A stretch of 64,000 bases of DNA, taken from Candidatus Bathyarchaeota archaeon (GTDB taxonomy: Archaea > Thermoproteota > Bathyarchaeia > Hecatellales > Hecatellaceae). Position 1 is the stretch's first letter. Each line of letters opens with the position of its first letter. Both the position numbers and the translations under genes were made by a program. The stretch lies in NCBI GenBank assembly GCA_052246995.1, contig JBQPWD010000002.1, positions 128,001 to 192,000 on the forward strand, read 5' to 3'. A model generated the notes under the pieces. It did no database searches. It was not told where the DNA came from and was given only the letters and a program-made list of their open reading frames with translations. Positions 9,038 through 17,977 of the stretch are shown here, piece by piece.

Positions 9038-10565
9038 ATGGGGTGTTATTTTATTTAGTAATAAAGAAGAGAATAAACCACGTGTAATTAAAATTTTTGA
9101 CACAACTCTAAGAGATGGAGAACAAACACCGGGAGTCTCTCTTTCACCTGAAAAAAAGCTTAGAATCGCCAAACTTCTTGATGAAGTTGGTGTTGATGTT
9201 ATTGAAGGAGGTTTTGCTAGCGTCTCTAGAGGGGACTTTGAGGCTTTAAAGATTATGAGCCAAAGCGGGCTTAACGCTGAGATTTTTAGTATGGCTAGAG
9301 CGGACATTAAAGATATAGATAAAGTTATTGAAAGTGGAGTTTGCGGGATCAACATTGTTGTTCCAGTATCAAAAATCCAGATTCAATACAAACTTAGAAA
9401 AACGTCAGATGAAGTTTTAAACTTAACATACGAGTGTGTTAATTACGCAAAAAAGCATGGGTTGATTGTTGAATTATCAGCTGAAGATGGCTCAAGAACA
9501 GAGGTTGAATTTCTTAAAAGCTTCTTTTTAACAGGTATTGCAAGTGGAGCTGACAGAATCTGCTTATGTGATACTGTTGGTGTTTTAACTCCTGAAAAAT
9601 GTTATAAGCTTGTAAATACCTTATGCAAAAGCACCAACAAGCCTTTTAGTATACATTGTCACAATGATTTTGGTTTAGCTACAGCAAACACTATCATAGC
9701 TGTTAAGGCAGGAGCATCTCAAGTACATGTAACCGTTAACGGTTTGGGTGAGAGAGCTGGAAATGCAGCATTAGAAGAGGTTGTAATGGCTCTTACAAAC
9801 CTTTACGGATTTAAAGTTAACATAAAAACAAACAAGTTATACGAGCTTTCCACGACGGTTTCACGCTTGACAGGTGTTCCAGTTCAACCAAATAAACCTA
9901 TAACAGGTGAAAATGCTTTTACTCATGAATCTGGCATTCACGTTAAAGCCATTTTAACCAACCCCGCCACCTATGAACCAATTCAGCCTGAAGTTGTAGG
10001 TGTTAAGAGAAAGCTTGCAATAGGTAAGCATGCAGGAATGTTTAGTGTAAAAACGATTCTCGAAGAAGAATTACACATTCATCCCTCGGAAGAACAACTT
10101 CATGAGATTTTTATGAGGGTTAAAAGCATTGGTGATAAAGGTAAAACAGTAACCTATAGCGACCTTCAAGCTATAGCTGAAGCAGTAATGGGTCTTCCAC
10201 AAATACGACTAATCAAGCTTAAAAATCTTACAGTAACAACAGGAAACAACATTACACCTATGGCCTCTGTCGTGCTTGAAGTTAACGGTAAAGAACTCGT
10301 TGAAGCTGGTGTGGGAGTTGGGCCTGTTGATGCAGCAATAAGTGCTATAAAGAAGGCTATATCAACAGTAGCCGACATAATCCTTGAGAATTATCATGTG
10401 AAGGCAATTACAGGTGGAACCGACGCTGTAGTTGAAGTTGTAGTAAGAGTAAGAAGAGGAGAAAAATCGGTTACAGCATTAGGTGTTCATGAAGATATTG
10501 TTATGGCTAGTGTTGAAGCAGTATTAAGTGCAATAAATGTATTGTTATCTTTAGAAATGAGCTAA
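9038..10565 (+). CDS. cimA: (R)-citramalate synthase / 2-isopropylmalate synthase family; start is anomalous (see findings)
   Basis: DTTLRDGEQTPGV at 9099 is in frame with ORF 9255..10565. HCHNDFG, GERAGNA, HESGIH and a C-terminal regulatory domain (GVGPVDA, GGTDA). Resembles methanogen CimA as I recall it; LeuA is not excluded. Confidence 0.75.
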
Positions 10566-10866
10566 TATTAGCAATAAACTTTTCAAATTCTGATAATGAA
10601 AAAATATTATTTTTGACATAATCCTGTACAAACTTATTTTTCAAGAGAAAACAGCTATTCTCTTTTTCATAATTTTTAAACAAAAAACGCATATTTTATA
10701 TCTTAAAATATAATCAAGTAAGCAAGTTTTTCTAAAAAATTAGTTGATGGTAGATAAATTTTATTGATAAGACCCCTAAACTTCTACTTTTCTCTCAAAT
10801 CTCCAAAATCTGAAAAGACCATTACAGTTAAACATAACCTAAAAAAGCACGATTACACCCTCATAA

Positions 10867-10884
10867 CTCTCCAATTTTTTGGAA
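10867..10884. repeat. copy of the CTCTCCAATTTTTTGGAA motif
   Basis: 10868-10883 is identical over 16 bp to 7696-7711. Confidence 0.75.
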
Positions 10885-11180
10885 GCAAGAAATGATAGCC
10901 TAGGTTTATAGCTTTATCTTGAAACTTTTAGATTAGTATCCAACGAAATACTTGTCAATGCAAAAATGTTGTTTTAAAAATAGACAGTATACCTCATCCA
11001 GCTGGCATCATTTTTACAATTCTTTCGCCAAAACCGAACAATATGCTAATATACGAAGTTTGTAAACCTTGACTGGGATGACTTCTGCGTATGTCTTGTG
11101 GAGGAGACTAAAATCTAATAAAGGTAGAATTGGAATATGTCTACGAAGTAGATGATGTATAAAGTTCCAGAGTTTATTTT

Positions 11181-11274
11181 TGGTAGCCCGGGGGAGATTC
11201 GAACTCCCGTCGGCAGGTTTCTCCTATCTTGGATAACCAGAGCCTGCCATGCTTGGCCGCTACACCACCGGGCT
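11181..11274 (-). tRNA. tRNA-Gln(CUG) with an 18-nt intron at 37/38 and encoded CCA
   Basis: AGCCCGG/CCGGGCT acceptor stem (A1-U72), GCAGG/CCTGC anticodon stem, CTG at 11240-11238, T-loop TTCGAAT. Intron 11236-11219 forms a bulge-helix-bulge. Confidence 0.97.
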
Positions 11275-11385
11275 TCCCATTCTATTTAATGGTGTATAAT
11301 TTTTAAATTTTAGGTTTCCTGTTTTAAGGAAACAAGATTAAGAATATATATGAAGTTTTATGATTTAATGTTTTGGTGATATTCC

Positions 11386-12537
11386 TTGGATTTTGAGTTG
11401 TCGAATGTTCAAAAAGACATCCAGACAGCTGCAAGAGAATTTGCAAAAAAAGAGTTTAGCGGAGAACTGGCAAGAAAGTTTGAACAGATAGAAGAATATC
11501 CGTTTGAATTATGGAAAAAGGCATGCAAACTAGGATTTATAGGAGTACATTTTCCTGAGGAATATGGTGGACAAGGACTTGGTGTTTTTGAGAATGTACT
11601 AGTTGTTGAAGAATTTTGTAAAGCTGATTCTACGCTTGGAACAGCATTAATTCTGGCAGATTTTGCATCGGAGATAATTTTAAGATTTGGAAGTAAGGAA
11701 CAAAAGGAAGAATGTCTTCCCAAAATATGTAAAGGAGAAGCCATCTCTGCGGGCGCTTTTACTGAGCCTCAGCATGGTAGCGATATTACCTCTTTACTCA
11801 CAAAAGCCTCAAAAGATGGAGACCACTGGGTTATTAGCGGTACAAAAACCCTTATAACAAATGCTCCTATTGCAAGTTTTTTTATTGTTTTATGCCAAAC
11901 CAATCCTGAAGCTAAACCACCATACAGAGGTCAAAGCCTCTTTATTGTTGATAAAAGTGCTGAAGGTGTAGATGTTACAAAAATTGGTGGAAAAATGGGT
12001 ATTCGGCCTTCGCTAACAGGGGAAGTATCATTTAACAATGTTAGAGTTCCAAGGGAGAAACTTATAGGTCAAGAAGGTAGAGGGTTTTACCAAACATTAG
12101 AGTTTTTTGATGAAAGCAGAATAGAAATTGCTGCTCAAGCTCTTGGTATTGCTGAGGGTGCTTTAGAACGTGCAATTAACTATGCTAAGCAAAGAGAACA
12201 ATTTGGTCAAAAAATTGCGGAATTTCAGGTTATCCAGCATAAAATTGCAGATATGGCAATAAAGGTTGAAACAGCAAGACTTTTAGTGTATAAAGCAGCG
12301 TGGAATTTTGACCAAAGAAGGATAGACCCGTGCTTAACTTCGATGGCTAAAGCTTATGCTGGAAGAGTTGCTGTTGAAGTTGCTGATGAGGCGGTACAGA
12401 TATTTGGAGGTTATGGGTATATAGGAGAATATGATGTTGAAAGAATTTATAGAGATGCAAAAATAACTGAGATTTACGAAGGAACAAGAGAAATTCAAAA
12501 AAACACTATTGCAAGAGCAATAATAGGAAAACTATAG
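11386..12537 (+). CDS. acyl-CoA dehydrogenase
   Basis: FTEPQHGSD, GTKTLITNA, REQFGQKIAEFQ, QIFGGYGY, IYEGTREIQ. Confidence 0.95.
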   Translation: MDFELSNVQKDIQTAAREFAKKEFSGELARKFEQIEEYPFELWKKACKLGFIGVHFPEEYGGQGLGVFENVLVVEEFCKADSTLGTALILADFASEIILRFGSKEQKEECLPKICKGEAISAGAFTEPQHGSDITSLLTKASKDGDHWVISGTKTLITNAPIASFFIVLCQTNPEAKPPYRGQSLFIVDKSAEGVDVTKIGGKMGIRPSLTGEVSFNNVRVPREKLIGQEGRGFYQTLEFFDESRIEIAAQALGIAEGALERAINYAKQREQFGQKIAEFQVIQHKIADMAIKVETARLLVYKAAWNFDQRRIDPCLTSMAKAYAGRVAVEVADEAVQIFGGYGYIGEYDVERIYRDAKITEIYEGTREIQKNTIARAIIGKL

Positions 12538-12541
12538 CTTC

Positions 12542-13519
12542 TTAGGGTCTTATGTTGTCAAGAAGAGACATAAAAATTGAATTTACCGTTAAGTCTGCCG
12601 TTGTTCCTGGGTTTAGTCGGTTATCCGGAGTTCTTAACTCCTTATCAAGTCTTCTTATTTCGTTTATCCCATTTTTTGTAAGAATCCCTCCAACAGACAA
12701 CACTTTTTTTGCTTTTTCTGTAACTTTTTTCGCGGTTTTTAAACCATTTTTTCTTGCTATCAAACTATCTACCCGAGTAGCCAAAATTGTGAGAAAACAC
12801 TGTACAATAGCCTTATTTAAATCTCCGGTTTTATTATAAACTTCTTTTATCGTTGGATAGCCAATTTGAGATGATATTTGCATACCTGTAACCCACTCAC
12901 TACATATACTATCCCACTTTGAACAAAATCTCATAACATCGTACAGAGTTATACTTCTATTTTGAAGGATTTTTAACGAATCAGGATTGCCTACATCAGG
13001 TATTCTACAATTTACTACTCTTCCTAGCCCTCCAGCTTTGGCTTCTCTTACTGCCTTGTAAAAGTTTATTGCATCTCTTACCGTAGTTGATTTAACAACT
13101 TTTTTAACATTGTTAGATAAAAAATTAATGTCAAGTTTATGCTGGTAACCGTATCCTGTTATTGCGACACTTACAATTGTTGGTGCAAGTAATGTAACAA
13201 CACCAAGATTGGTGTTCCCGCCGCTATGTAAACTTCTTGTTGATGTAATAGCCTCCATAATATGTTTCCCAATACATACATGTTGTAAACTTATTTTTCC
13301 ATTCTTTACAAGTAAACCTTTAAAGGCAAGTTTTCTCATAGCTGGACCTACAGCAATACTTCCTGCAATAAAATGTTCAAGTCTTGTATCTTTAAAGTCA
13401 GAAAATCTGTGGACGGCCCCTGGTTTAGGGTAGCTACAAGCCTCAAGAGCTATTGCAAGTTGAGCTAGGTTTACGATTTCTTCAACAATCTTATGAGATT
13501 TCAACGATGTCAACAACAA
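12542..13519 (-). CDS. citG: CitG-family (triphosphoribosyl-dephospho-CoA synthase-like) protein
   Basis: LEACSYPKPGAVHR, NTNLG, DSLIARKNG, NPGTTADL. Confidence 0.88.
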   Translation of the reverse strand: MLLTSLKSHKIVEEIVNLAQLAIALEACSYPKPGAVHRFSDFKDTRLEHFIAGSIAVGPAMRKLAFKGLLVKNGKISLQHVCIGKHIMEAITSTRSLHSGGNTNLGVVTLLAPTIVSVAITGYGYQHKLDINFLSNNVKKVVKSTTVRDAINFYKAVREAKAGGLGRVVNCRIPDVGNPDSLKILQNRSITLYDVMRFCSKWDSICSEWVTGMQISSQIGYPTIKEVYNKTGDLNKAIVQCFLTILATRVDSLIARKNGLKTAKKVTEKAKKVLSVGGILTKNGINEIRRLDKELRTPDNRLNPGTTADLTVNSIFMSLLDNIRP

Positions 13520-13600
13520 ATAAATATATATGAGTAAGCTTTATTATTCTTTAGATTTAAAAGCTCTATATGACGGAAAAGGAGAGTTTAAGGAAAAAAT

Positions 13601-13909
13601 ATGGCTGAAATTTGTGAAGTTTGTGGACTACCATTAGACCTTTGCGTATGCAGCGAGATAAGTAAAGATCAACAAAAAATCAAAGTTAGACTTGAAAAAA
13701 GAAAGTGGAATAAACCTGTAACAATTGTTGAGGGAATTGATGTTAAGGATGTAGACATCAGTAAACTTGCCGCTGAACTTAAAGCTTTTTGTGCATGTGG
13801 CGGAACAGCAAAAAATAATCAAATAATTCTTCAAGGAGATCACCGAGAAAAAGCCAAGGAAAAGTTGATAGCGCTAGGGTTTTCCAGAGAAAAAATAGAA
13901 GTACAATAA
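13601..13909 (+). CDS. sui1: translation initiation factor aIF1/SUI1
   Basis: CEVCGLPLDLCVC, ACGGT, IILQGDHR. Confidence 0.95.
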   Translation: MAEICEVCGLPLDLCVCSEISKDQQKIKVRLEKRKWNKPVTIVEGIDVKDVDISKLAAELKAFCACGGTAKNNQIILQGDHREKAKEKLIALGFSREKIEVQ

Positions 13910-14044
13910 GTTAAAGATAAAATCTAAACAAAATAGTTAAAATGGTATTTAAAACAAACAATCTTACTAGCAAAGTAAAAAGTAAGAGGTGTCGCGCGTC
14001 CTATGGACGCCCCATCTAACTATAAACATAAGCTTGAGGTTAAG

Positions 14045-14242
14045 ATGCTTCAAAAATCACTAAAAGTACCTGTCGAAAAACTTGAAGAACTTAAGGGTGT
14101 TTTCTCAAAGCGGGTGTTGTTGCGGCTAAAAAAGGAGGCTGTTGAATGCCCATTAAAGGGTTCTTCGGTATCCTTTCTTGAATGTTTCGTATGCGACCGA
14201 TTTATTCGAAGGGTTAAAGGTTATGTGTACTGTTCTGGCTAG
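14045..14242 (+). CDS. small Cys-containing hypothetical protein
   Basis: SD GAGGT before ATG 14045 (alternative ATG 14003); four Cys (C-x11-CxxC-x12-C). Confidence 0.6.
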   Translation: MLQKSLKVPVEKLEELKGVFSKRVLLRLKKEAVECPLKGSSVSFLECFVCDRFIRRVKGYVYCSG

Positions 14243-14304
14243 GTAAACATAAAAAACTATAAAACCTGTTTAAACTTGCTCATTAACTGGAGGTCTCAAA
14301 CTTT

Positions 14305-15567
14305 TTGAACTTTTTTCAAAAATGCTTGGAATGTGGTAGGTCTTATGAAAACCATAAGATTATTTATAGCTGTCCAAGCTGTAACAACCCAATTGAAATT
14401 ACACTTAACATTGAAGAATTAAAAGAAAAAGTATCAAAGACTCTGTTTGCAAATAAAAGTATTTATACAATGTGGCGTTACATAGAACTTCTTCCAATTT
14501 CCCCAAAAAACGTGTACTCACTTGGAGAGGGATTCACGCCAACAGTAAAAAGTAGAAATTTAGCTGAACATCTTAAAATTAGTAAACTTAACTTTAAACT
14601 TGATTTTTTAAACCCAACAGGGTCATTTAAGGATAGAGGAGCATCAATTCTTATTTCCAAAGCTAAGGAGTTTAAAACTAAGGCTGTTGTTATTGATTCT
14701 TCTGGAAATGCTGCAGCTTCTCTTGCAGCATATGCTGCAAGAGCAAATTTACAATGTTATGTTTTTATACCAGCGTACGTAAGCATAGGTAAAGTTGTCC
14801 AAGCAATGATGAGCAACGCTTTTGTTGTTAAGGTTGATGGTACAAGAAGTGAAGCTTACGAAGCAGCGTTAATGGCTCATAAAGAATATGGCTGGTATTA
14901 TTGTGGTTTTCAACTAAATCCCTATCTCTACGAGGGAAACAAAACTATAGGTTACGAAATTTACGAACAATTTAATTGGGAACCTCCAGACTGGGTTGTA
15001 TTTCCAGTTGGTACTGGTAGCGCTTTTCTTGGATGCTGGAAAGGGTTGAAAGAATTTTATAACCTAGGTTTAGCAGATAAACTTCCTTCGCTTGTCTGTA
15101 TTCAATCTGAAGGATGCGCACCAATAGCTAAAGCTTACCTTAAAGGTTTGGATACCATAATGCCTGTAAACCCTCATAAAACCATTGCTGAAGGGTTAAT
15201 GATACCGTCCCCTATTAGAGGACGGTATGTTTTGGCATCTATCAAAGAAAGTAATGGTTTGGCAGAAGTTGTTTCTGATAATGAAATTGCTGAAGCTATG
15301 AAACTTCTAGCTAAGTATGAAGGAATCTTTATCGAACCTTCAGCTGCGGCTGCCTTCGCTGGAGTTAGAAAACTCGTTAACTCTGGAGAAATAGGTAGAG
15401 ATGAAAGTATTCTTTGTATACTAACTGGTAGCGGATTAAAAACCCAAGAAATATGTAAAGGCTTTTTTAAAGAGCCGGTCATAATTAAGGCTTCAATTAC
15501 AAGTTTAAGGGAAATATTTAATAAAAAAGGAGAAGTTTCTAGTCAAATTTTTTTGGAGGATGCTTAA
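14305..15567 (+). CDS. threonine synthase-like PLP enzyme (paralogue)
   Basis: N-terminal CxxC...CxxC, LGEGFTP, NPTGSFKDRG, DSSGNA, EPSAA, TGSGLK. Confidence 0.85.
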   Translation: MNFFQKCLECGRSYENHKIIYSCPSCNNPIEITLNIEELKEKVSKTLFANKSIYTMWRYIELLPISPKNVYSLGEGFTPTVKSRNLAEHLKISKLNFKLDFLNPTGSFKDRGASILISKAKEFKTKAVVIDSSGNAAASLAAYAARANLQCYVFIPAYVSIGKVVQAMMSNAFVVKVDGTRSEAYEAALMAHKEYGWYYCGFQLNPYLYEGNKTIGYEIYEQFNWEPPDWVVFPVGTGSAFLGCWKGLKEFYNLGLADKLPSLVCIQSEGCAPIAKAYLKGLDTIMPVNPHKTIAEGLMIPSPIRGRYVLASIKESNGLAEVVSDNEIAEAMKLLAKYEGIFIEPSAAAAFAGVRKLVNSGEIGRDESILCILTGSGLKTQEICKGFFKEPVIIKASITSLREIFNKKGEVSSQIFLEDA

Positions 15568-16636
15568 GGGTTGGCAATAAATGGTCGATAAGAACGTTTG
15601 CAACCACCGCTTCGACAATAGGAACAGCTCTAGGTATAAAGCATACGTCGTATCTCCCCTTAATCCTTAATTCTGTATTTTCCATTTTTAAAAGATCAAC
15701 AGTTTTCTGAAATTTTGGTATGGAAGAAGGAGGTTTAAATGCAACCCTAACAATTATAGGCATACCTGTTGATAGGCCTCCAAGAATTCCTCCTGCATTG
15801 TTTGTTAATGTGACAATTTTACCATTAATAACTCTGTATTCATCATTATTTTCAGATCCTCTAAGTCTTGCAGCATTAAAACCAGCTCCAAATTCCACAC
15901 CCTTAACTGCAGGAATACAGAAAAGAAATTTTGCAAGATCAGCATCGAGAGAGTTGAAAATAGGTTCCCCAACACCAGGTGGAACATTAACTGCAAAGCA
16001 CTCAATAATACCCCCAACACTATCGTTTTCTTCCCTAGCCTTTAAAATAACATTCTTCATTTCTTCTTCTACCTCAGGGTCACAGCATCTTAACAAGCTT
16101 TTTTCTGTTTTTTCCTTAACTTCTTCGAATGTAATCCTTTTCTTAACTCTAACTCCGCCAACTTCGATTACATGAGCGTAAACCTCAACACCAAGTTTTT
16201 TAAGAAGTTTTTTTGCTATTGCTCCTGCGGCAACAAATCCTACGGTAATTCGTGACGAAAAAATTCCTCCACCACGGTAGTCATGAAAACCATGATATTT
16301 TATAAATGCAGGATAATCTGCGTGTCCTGGTCTAGGTTTCCACCTAAATTCTTCATATACATTTGAAACAACATCTTTGTTGTATACAATCATACATAGT
16401 GGTGCACCAGTAGTGTAACCATTAAAAACACCTGAAAGAATTTCAACCTTATCCTCCTCAATCCTCTTCGTTGAGAATAAATCTTTACTTGGTCTTCTTT
16501 TGTCAAGCTCCTTTTGAATGTCATCTTCACTTAAAGGTAGTCCTGGAGGACATCCATCAACAATAACGCCTACACATTTACCGTGACTTTCGCCAAAAAT
16601 TGTTAAAATAAAATTTCTTCCTATACTGTTTGTCAT
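15539..16636 (-). CDS. aroC: chorismate synthase
   Basis: GESHG, RPGHAD, RGGG..SSRIT, NNAGGILGGLS, GRYD. Confidence 0.96.
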   Translation of the reverse strand: MTNSIGRNFILTIFGESHGKCVGVIVDGCPPGLPLSEDDIQKELDKRRPSKDLFSTKRIEEDKVEILSGVFNGYTTGAPLCMIVYNKDVVSNVYEEFRWKPRPGHADYPAFIKYHGFHDYRGGGIFSSRITVGFVAAGAIAKKLLKKLGVEVYAHVIEVGGVRVKKRITFEEVKEKTEKSLLRCCDPEVEEEMKNVILKAREENDSVGGIIECFAVNVPPGVGEPIFNSLDADLAKFLFCIPAVKGVEFGAGFNAARLRGSENNDEYRVINGKIVTLTNNAGGILGGLSTGMPIIVRVAFKPPSSIPKFQKTVDLLKMENTELRIKGRYDVCFIPRAVPIVEAVVANVLIDHLLPTLKHPPKKFD

Positions 16637-16690
16637 GACAAAAATGTAGAATACTTAACAAATATTAAGGTTTACCTCCTGTAGAAACCA

Positions 16691-17974
16691 TCAACCTTTA
16701 ATTTCTATCCTGCCTCCAATCTTAGCTAGGTCTTCGAAAAAACTAGGATAGGATTTTTTGACACAATCACTATTAAGAATAACTGTTTCTCCTTCAGCTC
16801 TTAAAGCTGCAACTGCACATGCCATAGCAATTCTATGATCATTATGTGGGTTGATGATTGCTCCCTTAAGCTTACATTCTCCTTTAACAATCAAGTTATC
16901 TTCTAAAACTTTAATCTGTGCATTCATCTTTGAAAGTTCAAAAGTTATTACGTTTAAACGGTCTGATTCTTTGATTCTTAGCCTCTTAACGTTTCTTATT
17001 ATTGTTTCTCCTTTAGCGTAGCATGCTAAAACGGCATAAACTGGAACAAGGTCAGGGGTATCTTTTGCATCAACCTCCACACTAGTTAACTCACCACCTA
17101 AAACTTCAACATAATTTTCTCCACAATGAATTTTTACCCCCATCTTTTTTAAAGTGTTGATTATTTCTACATCTGGTTGAGTTTTAAGTGAAGGATAGAG
17201 ATTTTTGAATTTTACATTAGAGTTTGTAATTGCTGCAGCGGCAATAAGGAATGAAGCAGAAGAAAAGTCTCCAAAAATTTTATGGGTATAAGGTTTATAA
17301 TTCTGGTTTGATGGGATGTAGTATGATTCATGGTTACCTAAAACTTTAACGTCAATTCCATGTCTTTTAACAACTTCCAACGTTAACTCTACATACGGCT
17401 TGGACTCAAGAGGAGTTTTTACTTCTATAAAACTGTCATTTTTAGCTAAGGGGCATATAAAAATTAAAGCAGAAACAAACTGTGAACTTACATCACCAAC
17501 AATTGAAGATTTTCCTCCAACAACTCTTCCTCCGTACACTGTTACTGGTGGAAAACCATCAGTTGATTCACAATTTACCCCTAACATCCTCAAGGCATCA
17601 ATAAGAGGATAGATTGGTCTTTTTAGAAGACTACCCTCACCAGTTAAGATTGTTTTACCCTCCGCTAGACTAGCAAATGCTGTCATAAATCTGATGGTTG
17701 TGGCTGAAAGTTTACAGTTTACTGGCTTACTTGGTGCAGTTAGCTTACAATCTCCATCAACAATTAGCATTTTTTCATTTGCCACAATTTTTACACCAAA
17801 ATTTTTGCAACTATTAATAGTTGCAAGTGTATCATCAGAATAAAGCGGTTCTAAAATTTTAGATTCCCCCTTACTAAGAGCCGACGCAACAACAGCCCTA
17901 TGAGTATAGCTTTTTGAGGGGGGAATTTCAACACATCCATCTAGATTTTCAGTTTTTTTAACAACAACTATCAT
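16691..17974 (-). CDS. aroA: EPSP synthase
   Basis: PPSKSYTHR, SSQFVSA, LRIKESDR, DHRIAM, KSYPSF. Confidence 0.96.
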   Translation of the reverse strand: MIVVVKKTENLDGCVEIPPSKSYTHRAVVASALSKGESKILEPLYSDDTLATINSCKNFGVKIVANEKMLIVDGDCKLTAPSKPVNCKLSATTIRFMTAFASLAEGKTILTGEGSLLKRPIYPLIDALRMLGVNCESTDGFPPVTVYGGRVVGGKSSIVGDVSSQFVSALIFICPLAKNDSFIEVKTPLESKPYVELTLEVVKRHGIDVKVLGNHESYYIPSNQNYKPYTHKIFGDFSSASFLIAAAAITNSNVKFKNLYPSLKTQPDVEIINTLKKMGVKIHCGENYVEVLGGELTSVEVDAKDTPDLVPVYAVLACYAKGETIIRNVKRLRIKESDRLNVITFELSKMNAQIKVLEDNLIVKGECKLKGAIINPHNDHRIAMACAVAALRAEGETVILNSDCVKKSYPSFFEDLAKIGGRIEIKG

Positions 17975-17977
17975 ATT

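Noticed and set aside
7656-11274. Intact tRNA-Gln-integrated provirus or plasmid carrying the recombinase
   Set aside because: No duplicate of the tRNA 3' end (TGGTAGCCCGGGGGAGATTCGAAC) was seen, the only other gene is a core biosynthetic enzyme, and there are no viral or replication genes.
13987-14030. SECIS element or H/ACA guide RNA
   Set aside because: No GAA/A internal loop, no in-frame UGA in adjacent genes, no K-turn, and no ACA directly after the stem. Kept only as a generic hairpin.
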